Assembly: GCA_002633005.1 (NCBI GenBank)
Contig: NMRA01000153.1
Location: 22,042-86,041 of the forward strand
From: Phoronis australis
Lineage: Eukaryota > Animalia > Phoronida
Reading direction: 5' to 3'
Length of the DNA stretch: 64,000 nucleotides
Shown: positions 51,701 through 63,000 of the stretch, piece by piece
Position numbering within the stretch: the first letter of the stretch is position 1
Layout: each line of letters begins with the position of its first letter
Made by a program: the position numbers and the translations under genes
The notes under the pieces: generated by a model
The model's database searches: none
What the model was told of the DNA's origin: nothing
The model's input: the letters and a program-made list of their open reading frames with translations, nothing else

Positions 51701-53853
51701 GATTTTGCACATTTGTGCCTTGTTGCTAAAAATGTAATAGCTTGACCATAACCTAAGATTCCCAATTTGAGAATTATCAAACAAGTTAGCATAAACGAAA
51801 TATTGTAAATAAATATTGCTAAACTGATTTAAGTTTTGGCTAAAAGCATTTTGATACAAACGTTCTGGTAAAGGCTACCATCTCTTGCTTGTTGCTACTC
51901 AGTTCAAAACATTACCACATGTCATGCGTGGAGCAGGGTTTGACAAAATGTAACCCTCCGGGTCCTCAGCTGTCCCCATCATTTACACTCTACCTTGGTT
52001 CTGGTAAGTTCATCAGTAGCTTCCCGCACTATATCTTTTGCTAGTGTTTCTCCCAGACTGTCCAAAGTGTCCTTGATGATTCGCTCCATGGCATTGAGAA
52101 TGACAACTCTGTGCTCTTGAGACAGCTTTAACAAGTAGAAGGATAACACAAGAATCTATTACAAAGATGTACAAATTAGTGTGAAGTCCCGTTTTTCAGT
52201 ACAAGCAGGCTAGGCAATAAAGCCTCATTCTACCATGAAAGTGTGCGCTTTGATACAGATAACACATCACAATGTACAACACAATTGAACAACTGCAAGA
52301 TGAAACGATTTAATGGAAATCACAACAGTGGCATCATCACAAAAAAGATTATTTTCTTCAATCATCAGCTTATCGCAAATAACAAAGATTTGAAAAAATG
52401 TTTATAAAAGTTCAACAAAGTCATGTAGTTTAGTCCGAGTTATATGACAAAATTTACAAAGTAAATCATTTAAGAAGAAAACTAACAGTGAATCAGTAAA
52501 AAGATTGTCTGAAAGTTTTGTTGATTTTCTATCAAATATGATATTCATCAGTTTTTGAAAACTATGGACTGGTGAATAATAAATGGAAGGCAAAATGGAT
52601 CACTATTGTTCTTTCTATAGTTCTATCCAGGTATGACCCATGGCCACTATGGCTCACCTTAGTATGTTTCACAAGATATGTATTACAAGAGCCTAGCACC
52701 ATCTCCGGTTTCTTTCGTCCTAGTTCCAAGATAGACAGTGAGATAGCCAATCGTACGTCTGAGTTTTTGTCATGGGCCGAGTCAATCAGGGCAATCACCA
52801 TTTCTACAGAACACAGTTTGTTATAAGCCATTTTCATCAACTTGTGTCATGTGATGCATCATGCACCTTCAGTCATCCTACCTCTCTGTGTTTATCAGAT
52901 TACCTGGCATAAATACAGGTAGCTCAGTACAATGCGTTTCCAAGTGACAGTATAAAATAGGTCAAAACAAAGATACACACTGATGCAGCAGTAACTCTAC
53001 AATTGAACTAGGAATTAGTTTAGATATTGAGCAAAGACACTATTTTGTGAGCCGCCACTAATGGATAAAAATTTTATGGAGATGTGTTTGAAGTCTGCTT
53101 GCCGAAACACTTCAGAAGGATTAAATTCAGGACTGTGAGAATCCACTTCAGCCCTGGCATACAGTAAACAGGCCAGGTTACGACCTTCATGTTTACATAT
53201 AAGATTATTTGTGGGTAGAATACTACAGGAACTGAGAGAAATTGGCAAATCAACATAAAACACCATAAAATGACACTACAACATGATTTCTTTGTTATGA
53301 AAATGAGGTTTTTCAATAACCCGATAAGCACAAACGGCTACGTAGCAGTGCAGTTCAACTTGATGACATTTGCATGGGCCATAATTTACAGAACAAAACT
53401 TTTATCACTACTAGAAGTCTTTAACATTATTTTAGCCTACACCACTTTACATGCCAAAGGAAATGTTATCACAAATTAAACATAGTTAGTGCTGTCAAAC
53501 GCAATGTGCTGCCTTTGCTATTGCTGGGGCAAACGCCCATGCACTCGAATAAGGGTAAGTCTGGAGGTATAAATCCAGCACTTTAGGCCTTTAAGCCTAA
53601 ATAATGTTATTAAGAACCAGTTACTTCTACTGGGAGTTTCTCAGTGGAAGGTCCGGTTCTCGTCATTTCCAGTTGATTTAGATGCCCAGATTACCCGTCC
53701 GTGAAATGAGAGAAACCGCGGTCAGACGGGTCAGAGTTGCAGTGTGACAAGACGAACTTCGTCTTCCGTTAAGTGTCAATAACTGAAATATTAACTCTCA
53801 CCTTCCACCTGGCCCCCAGATCCGCGCCCGCCATATTCACCTGCACCAGGCAT
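18796..53853 (-). CDS. MROH1: Maestro HEAT-like repeat-containing protein family member 1, 36 coding exons, about 1667 aa
   Basis: Exons in transcript order: 53802-53853, 52658-52803, 51994-52125, 49221-49383, 47861-47959, 47257-47408, 46238-46378, 42977-43069, 42173-42251, 41628-41815, 41139-41258, 40460-40564, 39993-40137, 39131-39313, 37796-37959, 37032-37151, 36599-36721, 36087-36242, 34500-34622, 33149-33228, 32256-32496, 31510-31623, 30816-31064, 30280-30435, 28333-28487, 27539-27707, 25887-26027, 24978-25060, 24458-24595, 23794-23908, 23091-23237, 22139-22327, 21624-21779, 20979-21113, 20141-20309, 18796-18878. This gives 5004 nt in one open frame from ATG (MPGAGEYGG) to TAA. Family-typical segments: EWQTAASGVLVAVG, PGVLPHFFVVQTMANLA, KNHNEILRCF, VLWPYLLEF, GFCAASHLD, LVPRCSDP, LLLHLNDP. 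Confidence 0.93.
19581..19925. mobile_element. MITE with CAGTGGTGGAT...ATCTGCCTATG ends
   Basis: Degenerate terminal inverted repeats of the same type as 7587-7863. Confidence 0.5.
25172..25522. repeat. About 50-bp minisatellite, 7 copies with alternating variants
   Basis: Core TTTACATGAACACTTCAAGTTTCCATACTGTAACATACA. Confidence 0.92.
27298..27560 (-). repeat. 42-bp tandem copies of the MROH1 exon 26 end plus donor site
   Basis: ACACCTCTGGCT|GTGAGTAGT occurs five times on the minus strand. Confidence 0.9.
31784..31826 (-). ncRNA. Minimal type I hammerhead ribozyme-like motif (minus-strand arm, sense to MROH1 pre-mRNA)
   Basis: The reverse complement reads gctt-CTGACGA-t-ggtgttt/aaatgcc-GAAA-tat-GTC-aag. 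Confidence 0.55.
31851..31894 (+). ncRNA. Minimal type I hammerhead ribozyme-like motif (plus-strand arm of palindrome)
   Basis: gctt-CTGAGGA-t-ggtgttt/aaatgcc (stem II)-GAAA-tat-GTC-aagc. Conserved core boxes, a GUC triplet and a closing stem I gctt/aagc are present; stem III is vestigial. Confidence 0.6.
32158..32281 (-). repeat. About 31-bp tandem copies of the MROH1 exon 21 end plus donor site
   Basis: Four copies of a TGTTGGT.TTGAGAGTATAG.CAAG|GT-like unit. Confidence 0.85.
32497..33148 (-). other. U12-type (minor spliceosome) GT-AG intron, MROH1 intron 20
   Basis: The 5' splice site reads GTATCCTTT (33148-33140). A branch-point-like TTTCTTAAC lies about 10 nt before the CAG acceptor, with no polypyrimidine tract. 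Splicing preserves the frame (CATLV/KLDP). Confidence 0.88.
33740..33990 (-). mobile_element. tRNA-derived SINE-like element
   Basis: The minus-strand head GGGATTTAGCTCAGACAGTAGAG..GGGTTTGATTCC shows A and B boxes, followed by a non-tRNA body. The 3' boundary is approximate. Confidence 0.5.
37965..38311. repeat. 39-bp minisatellite, at least 9 copies, running into an assembly gap
   Basis: Unit GAGAACATGCCACAGGATTGTTTACAAGGGAAATATGGT, directly abutting the exon 15 acceptor. Confidence 0.96.
38312..38645. other. Assembly gap (N run)
   Basis: Run of Ns. A second gap lies at about 43842-44149, and single Ns at 5232 and 24247. Confidence 0.99.
38646..39127 (-). mobile_element. hAT-like non-autonomous element; other end lost in the gap
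   Basis: Terminus CAGGGCTTGGAATTTTC on the minus strand, with repeated subterminal CGCGGAAA motifs and CpG-rich sequence relative to the host intron. Confidence 0.6.
42522..42665. repeat. About 45-bp minisatellite, 3 copies
   Basis: Unit AAGGCTCAATAGGGTCCAATTCATATTTACAGAAAGCCAAAAAT(T). Confidence 0.92.
43108..45630 (+). mobile_element. Nested Helentron-associated (HINE/DINE-1-like) elements with an internal degenerate tandem array
   Basis: Two AACAAG-type starts (about 43108 and 43658; the second has subterminal ATGCGCCCAC). Two ends have a CGGA/GACG microsatellite, the hairpin ATGCG(T/C)CCAC..GTGGGTGCAT and TAAA (about 44527 and 45630). The inner element appears nested in the outer one. 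Related fragments occur at about 29060-29280, 54710-54758 and 55511-56260. Confidence 0.7.
46400..46680. repeat. Degenerate minisatellite (about 27-28 bp) next to the exon 7 acceptor
   Basis: Variants of GAGATTGGACAGTAAGTGAATAAGGCA. Confidence 0.75.
50396..51348. mobile_element. Non-autonomous DNA transposon with TATAGAC(C/T)CTATTCACGC terminal inverted repeats, containing nested MITE pieces
   Basis: Left end TATAGACCCTATTCACGCCG..CGAGGCTCGCT; right end AGTGAGCCTCG..GCGTGAATAGAGTCTATA. A second copy end lies at 1-341. Confidence 0.72.
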
Positions 53854-54285
53854 TGTCGCGGATTTAAGCACAGGTATACACACTGCCGGAAAATCTGTGA
53901 TTATTAAATAGCTGCACCAGGATTAAAGGGCACTTCCTCATGTGATACGCAAGGAAGTTGACACTGACAACAGAGGGCGCGATTTGACTCTTCAAGCGCC
54001 ATCTGTTAAATATATCTGTAAGTTCGAAACGTGATTTTCTGTTTTTCCGTAGGCTATTTTTATCTTCTTCAAAATAAGTGACATGTTTTAGTCGTTATTT
54101 TATTTTTAATTGTGTAAGGGTTTGTAGCGGAACTTGTTAAATCTCTGTATTGCGGGAATTTAGAAGTGTTGTATTAATTACCTGCAGAAGTAATACGACT
54201 GCGTCCTCCAACAGTCCCGGAGTTTAATTTCTCTGACTGGTCACAGACACAGCCACAGCCGCTTGCTGTTCCTTAAAAGTTATTG
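53854..54285. promoter_or_regulatory. Probable bidirectional promoter and 5' UTR region shared by MROH1 (-) and the ADAD-like gene (+)
   Basis: MROH1 ATG is at 53853. A plus-strand donor G|GTATGT at 54285/54286 plausibly ends a non-coding first exon spliced to the acceptor at 57052/57053. CpG is locally enriched around 53690-54030. No transcript evidence is available. Confidence 0.55.
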
Positions 54286-54301
54286 GTATGTAAATGTGAC
54301 A

Positions 54302-54707
54302 GCTGTACGTGAACTTGAAATCCTGCTTAATCTCAAGATTAAGCAGAAGTGAGTGTTGCGTGAACTTGGAATATGCGAGGCAACTTGACAAGTTCACTCA
54401 AATAATCACATTCATATTCATAAAAATTTGCACTGCACCAAATCAATTAAGTTGTCAATTTTACCCAACCTTTTCAACTACGGGAAATCAGTTTCACCAA
54501 ACAATAATCGATTTAGCCATTAACATATTCTTCGGGTTCAGTGACACAAGGTACGGTTAAGGAGAATGGTTGATCGCGAGGCCAATGATTACAAAAATTC
54601 TTTTCACCGAACAAAAATTTCACCTTTTTGACTTAAAGAATATTCAATTACAAGTTAAACGCATACGCGATCTTGAGATTAAGCAGGATTCCAAGTTTAC
54701 GCACAGC
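54302..54707. mobile_element. MITE with about 40-bp terminal inverted repeats; shorter relative at about 55877-56020
   Basis: GCTGTACGTGAACTTGAAATCCTGCTTAATCTCAAGAT ... ATCTTGAGATTAAGCAGGATTCCAAGTTTACGCACAGC. Confidence 0.72.
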
Positions 54708-54758
54708 ATGACCACTGCCGACGACTTTTGGAAGGTTCCGACTACTGCTGTGCCCCCC

Positions 54759-55510
54759 TAGGCAATGACCATCGCCTCTGTTGGCCCGAACCAGAGGCGA
54801 TGTAGAGGCTATGGGCGCTCTGTACGCCGGAAGCTTTTCGGCGAATTATGCCTTGCACCGACTAAACCATCAAAGTCACGTTGTTATAAATACCTTTTGC
54901 GCATAGAGGAACACCTTAGGAGGTTGTCGATGTGCTCCCGGGAACCAGCCGTGCATTTGCCGTGTTGTTAAACATTAAAATGTCAAATATGTGCACAAAG
55001 ACTATTAAATGTCATATCAACAGCATTATTTTTATCAAATACAAACAATAATTCATTGAAATACAAACAGTTACAAGTAACGCCAATTAAAGACAAGGTA
55101 TAAGTGGTGGCATTTTGGAAACAAACATTTGACTCACAAGACCGCAATGGCTCACCTTTGGCCTATTTAAAAATTATTGAGGTTATGAAGTCACATCACC
55201 TAGCGAGCGCGGTGAAAAATTGGAGCGTGCGCAGTACAAAAATTTTGATTTCACGATCTTGGGAACTGAAATAGGGACTGGTCGAAGAAAAAGTTTCATA
55301 ACGGGAGTATTTGTTGGAGTTGGAAGGACTTAAACACATCGACAACATCCTAAGGTGTTCCTCTATGTGCAAAAGGTATTTATAACAACGTGACTTTGAT
55401 GGTTTAGTCGGTGCGAGGCATAATTCGCCGAAAAGCTTCCGGCGTACAGAGCGCCTATAGCCTCTACATCGCCTCTGGTTCGGGCCAACAGAGGCGATGG
55501 TCATTGCCTA
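54759..55510. mobile_element. Young fold-back / Mutator-like non-autonomous element with about 176-bp terminal inverted repeats and a 9-bp target-site duplication
   Basis: 54759-54934 is nearly the exact reverse complement of 55335-55510. GTGCCCCCC flanks both sides (54750-54758 and 55511-55519). Confidence 0.85.
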
Positions 55511-57061
55511 GTGCCCCCCTAGTGACAATTTTAGTTTTACATTTGCCTCTGTGACATAATACTCTGGAGAGAGTGTGGTCACTTAAACCAAGAAGAAGAA
55601 GAAGTATTTTTAGAGTTCTTTGACGGTTTTAAGAAAATCAGCAAACCAACTTTTGTTGTGATGTCTTGGCATTTTTGGATAAAGCAGTCGGATATAATAA
55701 TGGACCCTAATTTAGAGAACTATGTTAGCAATCACTGAATTACGGCCATTATATAGTGGATGAAACTGGTTCTCTTTTTCAGGGTCCATTATATCTGACT
55801 GGTGCCACATTTTGGTATGGATTTGATGTGTTCTGGGCCACCTATATTGGCCATTTTTATTATTTGTCAGTTGTCTTGCTGTACTGCGTAAACTTGGGAT
55901 CCTGCTTAATCTCAAGATGGCGTATGCGTGAACTTGGAGGAAACTTGCAAGTGCACTCAGATAACCGTGTTCATGTTGATAAATATGTTAAGCAGGAGTC
56001 CAAGTAGTTCACACACAGCAGTCTGACTTTATATTCATTAAACCATTCAGAGGATCATCATGAAAATTGGATAAGAGCACAGATAACATGGATTTCAGAT
56101 GCATCTAACTACTGTGGAGCCCCCTAGTGACATTTTTCACATATTGGGCTGTATCTTCTAAATCCCTTAAAAGACCACTGTTTAGCATGTGTGTTTCAAC
56201 TAACTTGACAACAGATGGACGGAGTTAACTACCGCTGTGCCTTCTAATGGAGAACATTCCAAATTTCCTTAGAAACCTTGCCTAATAGGGTATCATACCA
56301 GGTTGCTAGATCTGTCACCTGGGCTTTGTTCCGTATAACAAGAATTTTTGCGAGTAAAGCTAGTGTCACATCACGCCCTTTGGTTTAACAATGAAATGTA
56401 AAAAGAGAACCAGAATTTCAGCAATGGCTGGTGAATTAACTACAAGGATTGACCCTAGATTTAAAATACATGCAGTTTACGAGGCAATGAACCCACATTC
56501 TGTCCAAAAAATAACTTTTAATTTAAATCATGCATTTACCACAATAGAAGTGGTCTCTTCTTGTTTTTTAATCAGATGAGAAATGTATTTTGTTCTGTTC
56601 TACCTGGTGTACCATGGACTCTTGTCTAGTTTGTTTCTATATCATTTTACTGTTTTTATAGTTCTATGCAGTAGTGATAAAATAATATTACGTTTTGTCC
56701 TGAACTTCGTTGTTTGCTCTTGTTTGGAAAAGTTTGTACCTGGAGGGGTTTGGGAAATTTTGTGGGGAAAAATATGCGAAATTTATGGCTTTGTGGGTGG
56801 AGGCCAGGGCTATGCTTTGTTGAGGTCTTTTCAAATAAGTGTGTTTTGGTAAGAGCTAAGAATATAATGAAATATTTCTCCCAGGTGAGAATAAAAAAGT
56901 GTGACACGTGTGATAACTTATGATTTTAGCTTTGATGTTATAGCTATCTTTGAAGCCTTTAAAAATGGAAAATGCCACTTATCCTGTTCTAAGATCTTAT
57001 CTGATGTTGTTTTCTTGCCAATATGTTATTTAAATTTTCTCATTTTTTTCAGGTAATAGTG

Positions 57062-60000
57062 ATGGCTAGTAAGTCCAAGAAAGGTAATTTGTAAAATGTA
57101 AACTATTGTTTTAATGGTTCTTCCTGTTGTAAAACAGACTGTTCTGTTTACCAATAATGGTGTTTTGTCACTAATTGGTACGCACTTTCGGCAGCGCCAT
57201 CTATCAAAAGTTGTAGAAATCAATCTTGTCTACTGTTTTTTAAGGATTTATTTGCATGCTCCTAACTATGCTCACATATAGCAGGAACTAAACGACAATG
57301 CTATTGGAACATCATCAACGCTAAACAAAGTGCAGTTGTATTAACTAACAACTTGTAAATGTGAAAACAAAAAAATTCTGCATATGGGTTACCCTTACAA
57401 TAATGACATACCTTGGGGGCTCACATAGCCCACATCATGTTGTGTTATTTCTCAACACCATGTCACAAAACTTATTGAACATGCTTGACTGATATACGGC
57501 AGATCATTTTCAATGCAAAGCTCGTTCTTAAAAACATTTTCAATGTACTGTACTTCATATTCACATCGGCGCTATATCTTGTGTTTCTTAGATAAGCAAT
57601 TACAGAGATAAGGAATTAGCACGCAAGTTCTACTTTAAACACTGGTTTATTAGACAGTTGATTGATAAAATTTCAGTATGCTATATGAGGACAGGCCTTT
57701 ACATGTCAACCAACTATTATATACCTTTATTTCACCAACATTGTGTTGTTTCTTTTTAGGTGTACCTACACGATATATCCCAGGCCTGACGCCCAAGCCA
57801 GTAGATCCAGAAGATGGTCAGTATTACCTGGGACATCTGTAATTATGCAAACTTTCATGTTCTGTCATATACTTTGCTCAGTAATCGAACTCGGTCATTT
57901 ACCATTCAGTCGTCACACTGTCTTACCATGCAGTCATCACACTCTCTGTCTTATACCATTCAGTCATCACACTCACCGTCGTTTACCATTCAGTCATCAC
58001 ACTCTCCGTCGTTTACCATTCAGTCATCACACTCACCGTCGTTTACCATTCAGTCATCACACTCTCCGTCGTTTACCATTCAGTCATCACACTCACCGTC
58101 GTTTACCATTCAGTCATCACACTGTCTTACCATTCAGTCATCACACTCACTGTCTTTTTCCATTCAGTCATCACACTCTCCATCGTTTACCATTCAGTCA
58201 TCACACTCTCTGTCGTTTACCATCCAGTCATCACACTCTCTATCTTTTACCATTCAGTCATCATACACTCCGTCTTTTGGTCTCACTTAGCAGTTTTGTT
58301 TCCCAGGTCCATGTTAGAGAATTGGAGGTTGACAAAGAGCTGAAGTGTGTTGTATTTGAACATTAAGGAATTCTAGCTCAAAGTATTGTAGGACACTTTT
58401 GCTACTTATCAGCACATTGATACAGCCAAGTGAATATTTGGTATTCCTGAATAAAATAGACCAACTGAAAACTGGGCTATTTTTGTAGTTTGGTTATGCT
58501 GACAATGTCTTGCCATTGATGTGGGATATGTTAATGTTTAGAAAATTGAATTGTAGGGGAGACATCTTATTGTTCCTCAATATTGAAAATTAAGGGTCCC
58601 ACGTCGAATTATAATGTGTATTTGGATTTTAGTGTGAAGAATGTCTTGCCAAGTTAAGGTTATGGGTGCTTATTTTGGAGTGAAATTTCAAACTCACAAG
58701 ACACTTGACTTTTTGAAGACAACCCTTCTTTGACAATTTATTTTCGGATATCTTATTGACTGGTCAAATATTCACCCTCTCAGGTCAAGGTGATGCTCCC
58801 AAAGCCCCCAAAAAGGTACCCCAGCAGCTGGTGCAGGACTTCATCAAAGGGGCCAAGCACCCAGTCAGCGCACTGATGGAGTATTCCTCCATGAACCGTC
58901 ACGTGACTGACTTCAGGGAGTGCCTGCCTAACAACCCCTCCATCATCAGCAAGTTCGCTTGCGAGTGTATCGTCGATGGTCATACATTCCAGCAGGGCAC
59001 GGGCAAGACCAAGAAGGAAGCCAAAACAGCAGCAGCTAAGAACGCTCTATCAGCACTATTGGGGCTAGATGAGGACGACGTTGATGATGAGAAAGGTAAT
59101 ACCACAACTTATGAATAAAAAGTTACACGGAAAGTCAATAGCCTGTTTTTAATTGAACTCGTGTTTATTCACAGCACCTGTAGAAAAAGCATTCTTCTTC
59201 TTCTCGTTTGTCAAATGGTCAAATCGGTTCTGATATTGACCATTATGATGACGCATTCAATTTATGACTTACTGGTGATATGAGTTGAGGAGGGTGTACA
59301 GAAAATGATACTATGTGCAAGCACTGTCTAACTTGTTAGTGTCCCCAGCCATCAGCCAAGCAACTTTGTGTTGAATGGTAAAACTTTGCTTGCGTGACAA
59401 TGATGGATGTGATAATAACTGATGTGCAAATGATGACCAGCAGTAGAGCGACTAGTGAAGTAGCTAGGACTGGAACACTGGCATGATTGATGGTCTAACC
59501 AGCAGTAGAGTGACTAGTGAAGTAGCTAGGACTGGAACACTGGCATGATTGATGGTCTAAGTATCAGCATTAGATGTAATTAAATCCGTTATGTGTTCTT
59601 TACACTTCAGGATTTTGACAATGGTATTGTCAACATTGTCCGCATCTATTGCTGAATACATCTCAAGCACCGAATGAGTCACTAACACATGTTGACATTA
59701 TTTTACTATCATTTTAAGCCAAAACCATCTGTTTTATGTTCTCGACATTACCACTTTGCAGATTTTTTTTGTAGCTTTTGTGATTATTTTTGATGTCTTC
59801 TTTGTAGAAAGCAGACCTATGTCAAAAGTGGGAAATATCATTTGTGGACAATTTCGTTGTGTTTCAGAGTCGGGAAAGCTTGCCTATGATGCTCACGGCC
59901 GACGTGTTAAACTCCTAGACACTGACTTTCAAGGCGGTTGTAGTATGCCATGCACAGAGAAGACCGAGGGCTTCTTAGAGACAGTAGCTAACCCAGCTGA

Positions 60001-63000
60001 AGCGGCCAATAGTTCTCGAGAAAAGAGTATAGTGACAGTGCTACAGGAATACTGCCAGAGACAGAAGATTCCATTGATGATTGAAGTTACTGATGCTCCC
60101 ACCGAAAATGGGTAAGGAGCTGAAAGCATTTGGGATTGAAGTGTTTTTACTCTTTGTTAAATACACTAAAGCTTTGGAGCCTAAACAGCTCTTTATAGTG
60201 TGTAGCAATAGATGGATAGAAACACAGATTGTTTTTAGGTAACTAAGAAAATTTTGTTTTGTTATTTATCGGCACAGGGTTGAGTGTAAGACAAATACAT
60301 GAGGTACCAGGAGTGTCCAAAAAGCTCCTACTAAGAAAATGCCTCCATTGAGGCTCTTTTAGAAACAAGGTTCAAAAAACTTCCGTTTGAACTCTTTTAT
60401 GATTGTGTTGTTTATCTGGCACATATTTAGAAAATACGGGTATAATGACTATTGTATCTGTTTTGATCCTTAAAAGAACCGCTTAAGTATTTCAAGTTTA
60501 TGATCTATCAACTGACCAGACTGTCTTCGGATTTCTTACACAGTAACCGAGTTGCCTTAAAAGTGAAATCCTTCTCTTACAACATACTTGTAAAGTCGTT
60601 ACAAAATGAGAGCGCAGGAGAAGCTTCTGAAAAAACAGCAATTTTTTCAAAAGAACTCTCGTGGAAATCTCCAGTAAGCTCAACAATCCGACAATGATAA
60701 AAGTAAGCAGAATGCAAAGACTTTATTTGTGAATAGAAATTCCTAGAATCGTGACTGGGTTGTGTTAACACTGGGTACAGAGATTAGCTATATAAAGTAG
60801 GCTATTTCAATACACTGGAATGCATAGCTTGTTCATTATTCAGTGAAGCCAAACCAGACTGAGAATGACCGTTGGTTATGTCAAAACCCTCAATATGTAG
60901 TCGTGTTGGTGATGATGTTTTTTAAAAATGTAACCATTTTAAAATGCTTCTCAGATGACTACTGCATTATTCTATTCTCGCATATTTGTAGAGAATACAT
61001 AGCCACGGTCTACGTCGAGGATGAGCTACTGTCGACGCAAAGAGAGAAGACGAAAAAAGATGCTAAGCGGCGTGCAGCTGAAGAAGCATTGGAAATTGTT
61101 TTAGAAGTACACGGGGTAAGCAGATATGTTTTAGAACTACAAGGGTAGGTAGAAATGTTTCAGAATCACACAGGTCGGTAGAGATGTTTTAGAACCACAC
61201 TGTGTATGTAGCGATTTTTAGGATCACACGGGTCGGTAGAGATGTTTAGAACTATATGGGGTAGGTAGAACTACACGGGTATGTAAAGATGTTTTAGAAC
61301 TATACAGGGTATGCAGAGATGTTTTACAATGACACGGGTAGGTAGAGATGTTTTAGATCGAGTCTCCAAATTTTTTGTCTCGACTGGTTCCCTAAACGCT
61401 GCCTCAAGTCCAAGATTTTTTGCCTCTTTCTGTGTTTTTGCAACAAATCTATTGTCAATTTTGAGTTTACCTCACACATTTAGGCTCATAAATATAAATG
61501 TTTACACTCTCTGGTGAAGCAAGGTCAAAAGGGTCGGTGTGCAATCAAAAATATTGACAGTGTGTAATACAATTGGAAATGGGAAATTCCAATTTATTAT
61601 TATTAGCCAATCATGGCTTCTCTGCTAAAAAGGGAATGTGACTCTCTTGTTTTGACCTTGCAACATGTGACGAACTTTTGAATGTCTGGAAATAAAATTC
61701 AATTGTTTACTTCAGTCCTGTAATAATAAACACAATTATTTGAAATCTTTGTACCTAGTTTTGAACAAGGAAACATTAGTTTACTACCTTTGTAGTCAAT
61801 TTGTGATTGAAATAATGTTTTTGTTGCCTAGGCGCCAAATGATATCATGGCAGTATATGATAAAACAGAGTTTGATGTGAATGAAGAGCTATGTATGGAA
61901 GCATACTTCAAGTGTGTAAAGAAGGCATGCGGTACTCTACCATTCCTATCCACTCCACCCGTGTCTATTGCAGCATTTATTGTACGACGTGGTAAGATGA
62001 TTTAGCCATGAAAGTTAACGGTCGTGCAGTAGTTAGTTTGTAGATGTGTAACAAAATGGAAACAGTTTATGAACGTGAGGATTCGCGTTGACCTGCCCCT
62101 GACATACCCCAGTCTTGGTATTCAGGCTAACCGAACACATCGGTTCAGATACTCTTGAACACAGCCCCACACTCACCTCAAAACACGACTTACGAACCCA
62201 AACTCCCAAACTAAATGACTCTTGGATGGCAAACATGCCTCCAGTACATGTAAATACACTTGACAGACTCTTTGATGACTCGTGCATATGATTCTTAGTC
62301 ATGTAAGTCAGTTGTGTTTTTTAATGGGTAAGCCGTTTTCTGTGAGCCATGTTTGTGAGACAGTGGTTTTTAAATCGTCTCTGTTTCAGGTGTAAGTGAT
62401 CGGGGGCTAGTGGTTGCCTTGGGAACGGGTCAGAGTTGTGCATGCTCTACATACGCGTCAACAGATGGCAGATGTGTGCTAGATTCGCATGCGTTAACAA
62501 TAGCTAGGCGGTCTTTACTAAGGTAAGAATAGTTTTGTAAACTACAGGTAATGACCAATTTTGGCAGTGTAATGAGCTTTTTTATTTGATTGCCATCTCC
62601 TTGACAGTTGTCTATTTTATTTCATCTACTGTTCATTCTGGATTTTGCTAGAAATTTTCCCACATGTTGATAATTGGTCAATTACAACCCCAGAACAAGT
62701 TGTTATTACCGTTGGGTTTTGCAAATAATGAACTTATTGCAAAGTTGGGAGTAAGACATTAAGCATAAATTAATGATGTGTTAAATTGTGAGTGTTAAAT
62801 TGTGTGTTTAAATTCCCCGTGCTTAAAGATCTTACGCCTGCCTAAGACTTTTTTGTGAGAGAAAAAAGGATGGGTACAGTTCATAGGTAGATGTCTGCAC
62901 TGAAATCAGTGTACTGTTCTAATGAATATTTTAAAGTAGCATTTCATTATGTAATGGAACCAGGAGAGGCCTTTTGCGTAAAATGGATTGTTGAAGATGA

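Noticed and set aside
54765-55504. Pair of nearly identical convergent ORFs (MTIASVGPNQRR...)
   Set aside because: They are the two arms of the inverted-repeat element, not duplicated genes.
57743-58366. 207-aa His/Arg-rich repetitive ORF (LPFSHHT repeats)
   Set aside because: Translation of an intronic 30-bp minisatellite. The real exon 57760-57816 is in a different frame.
60498-60771. Overlapping short ORFs in an ADAD-like intron
   Set aside because: No recognisable domain and no phase-compatible splice sites were found. The flanking exons already join to complete dsRBM2.
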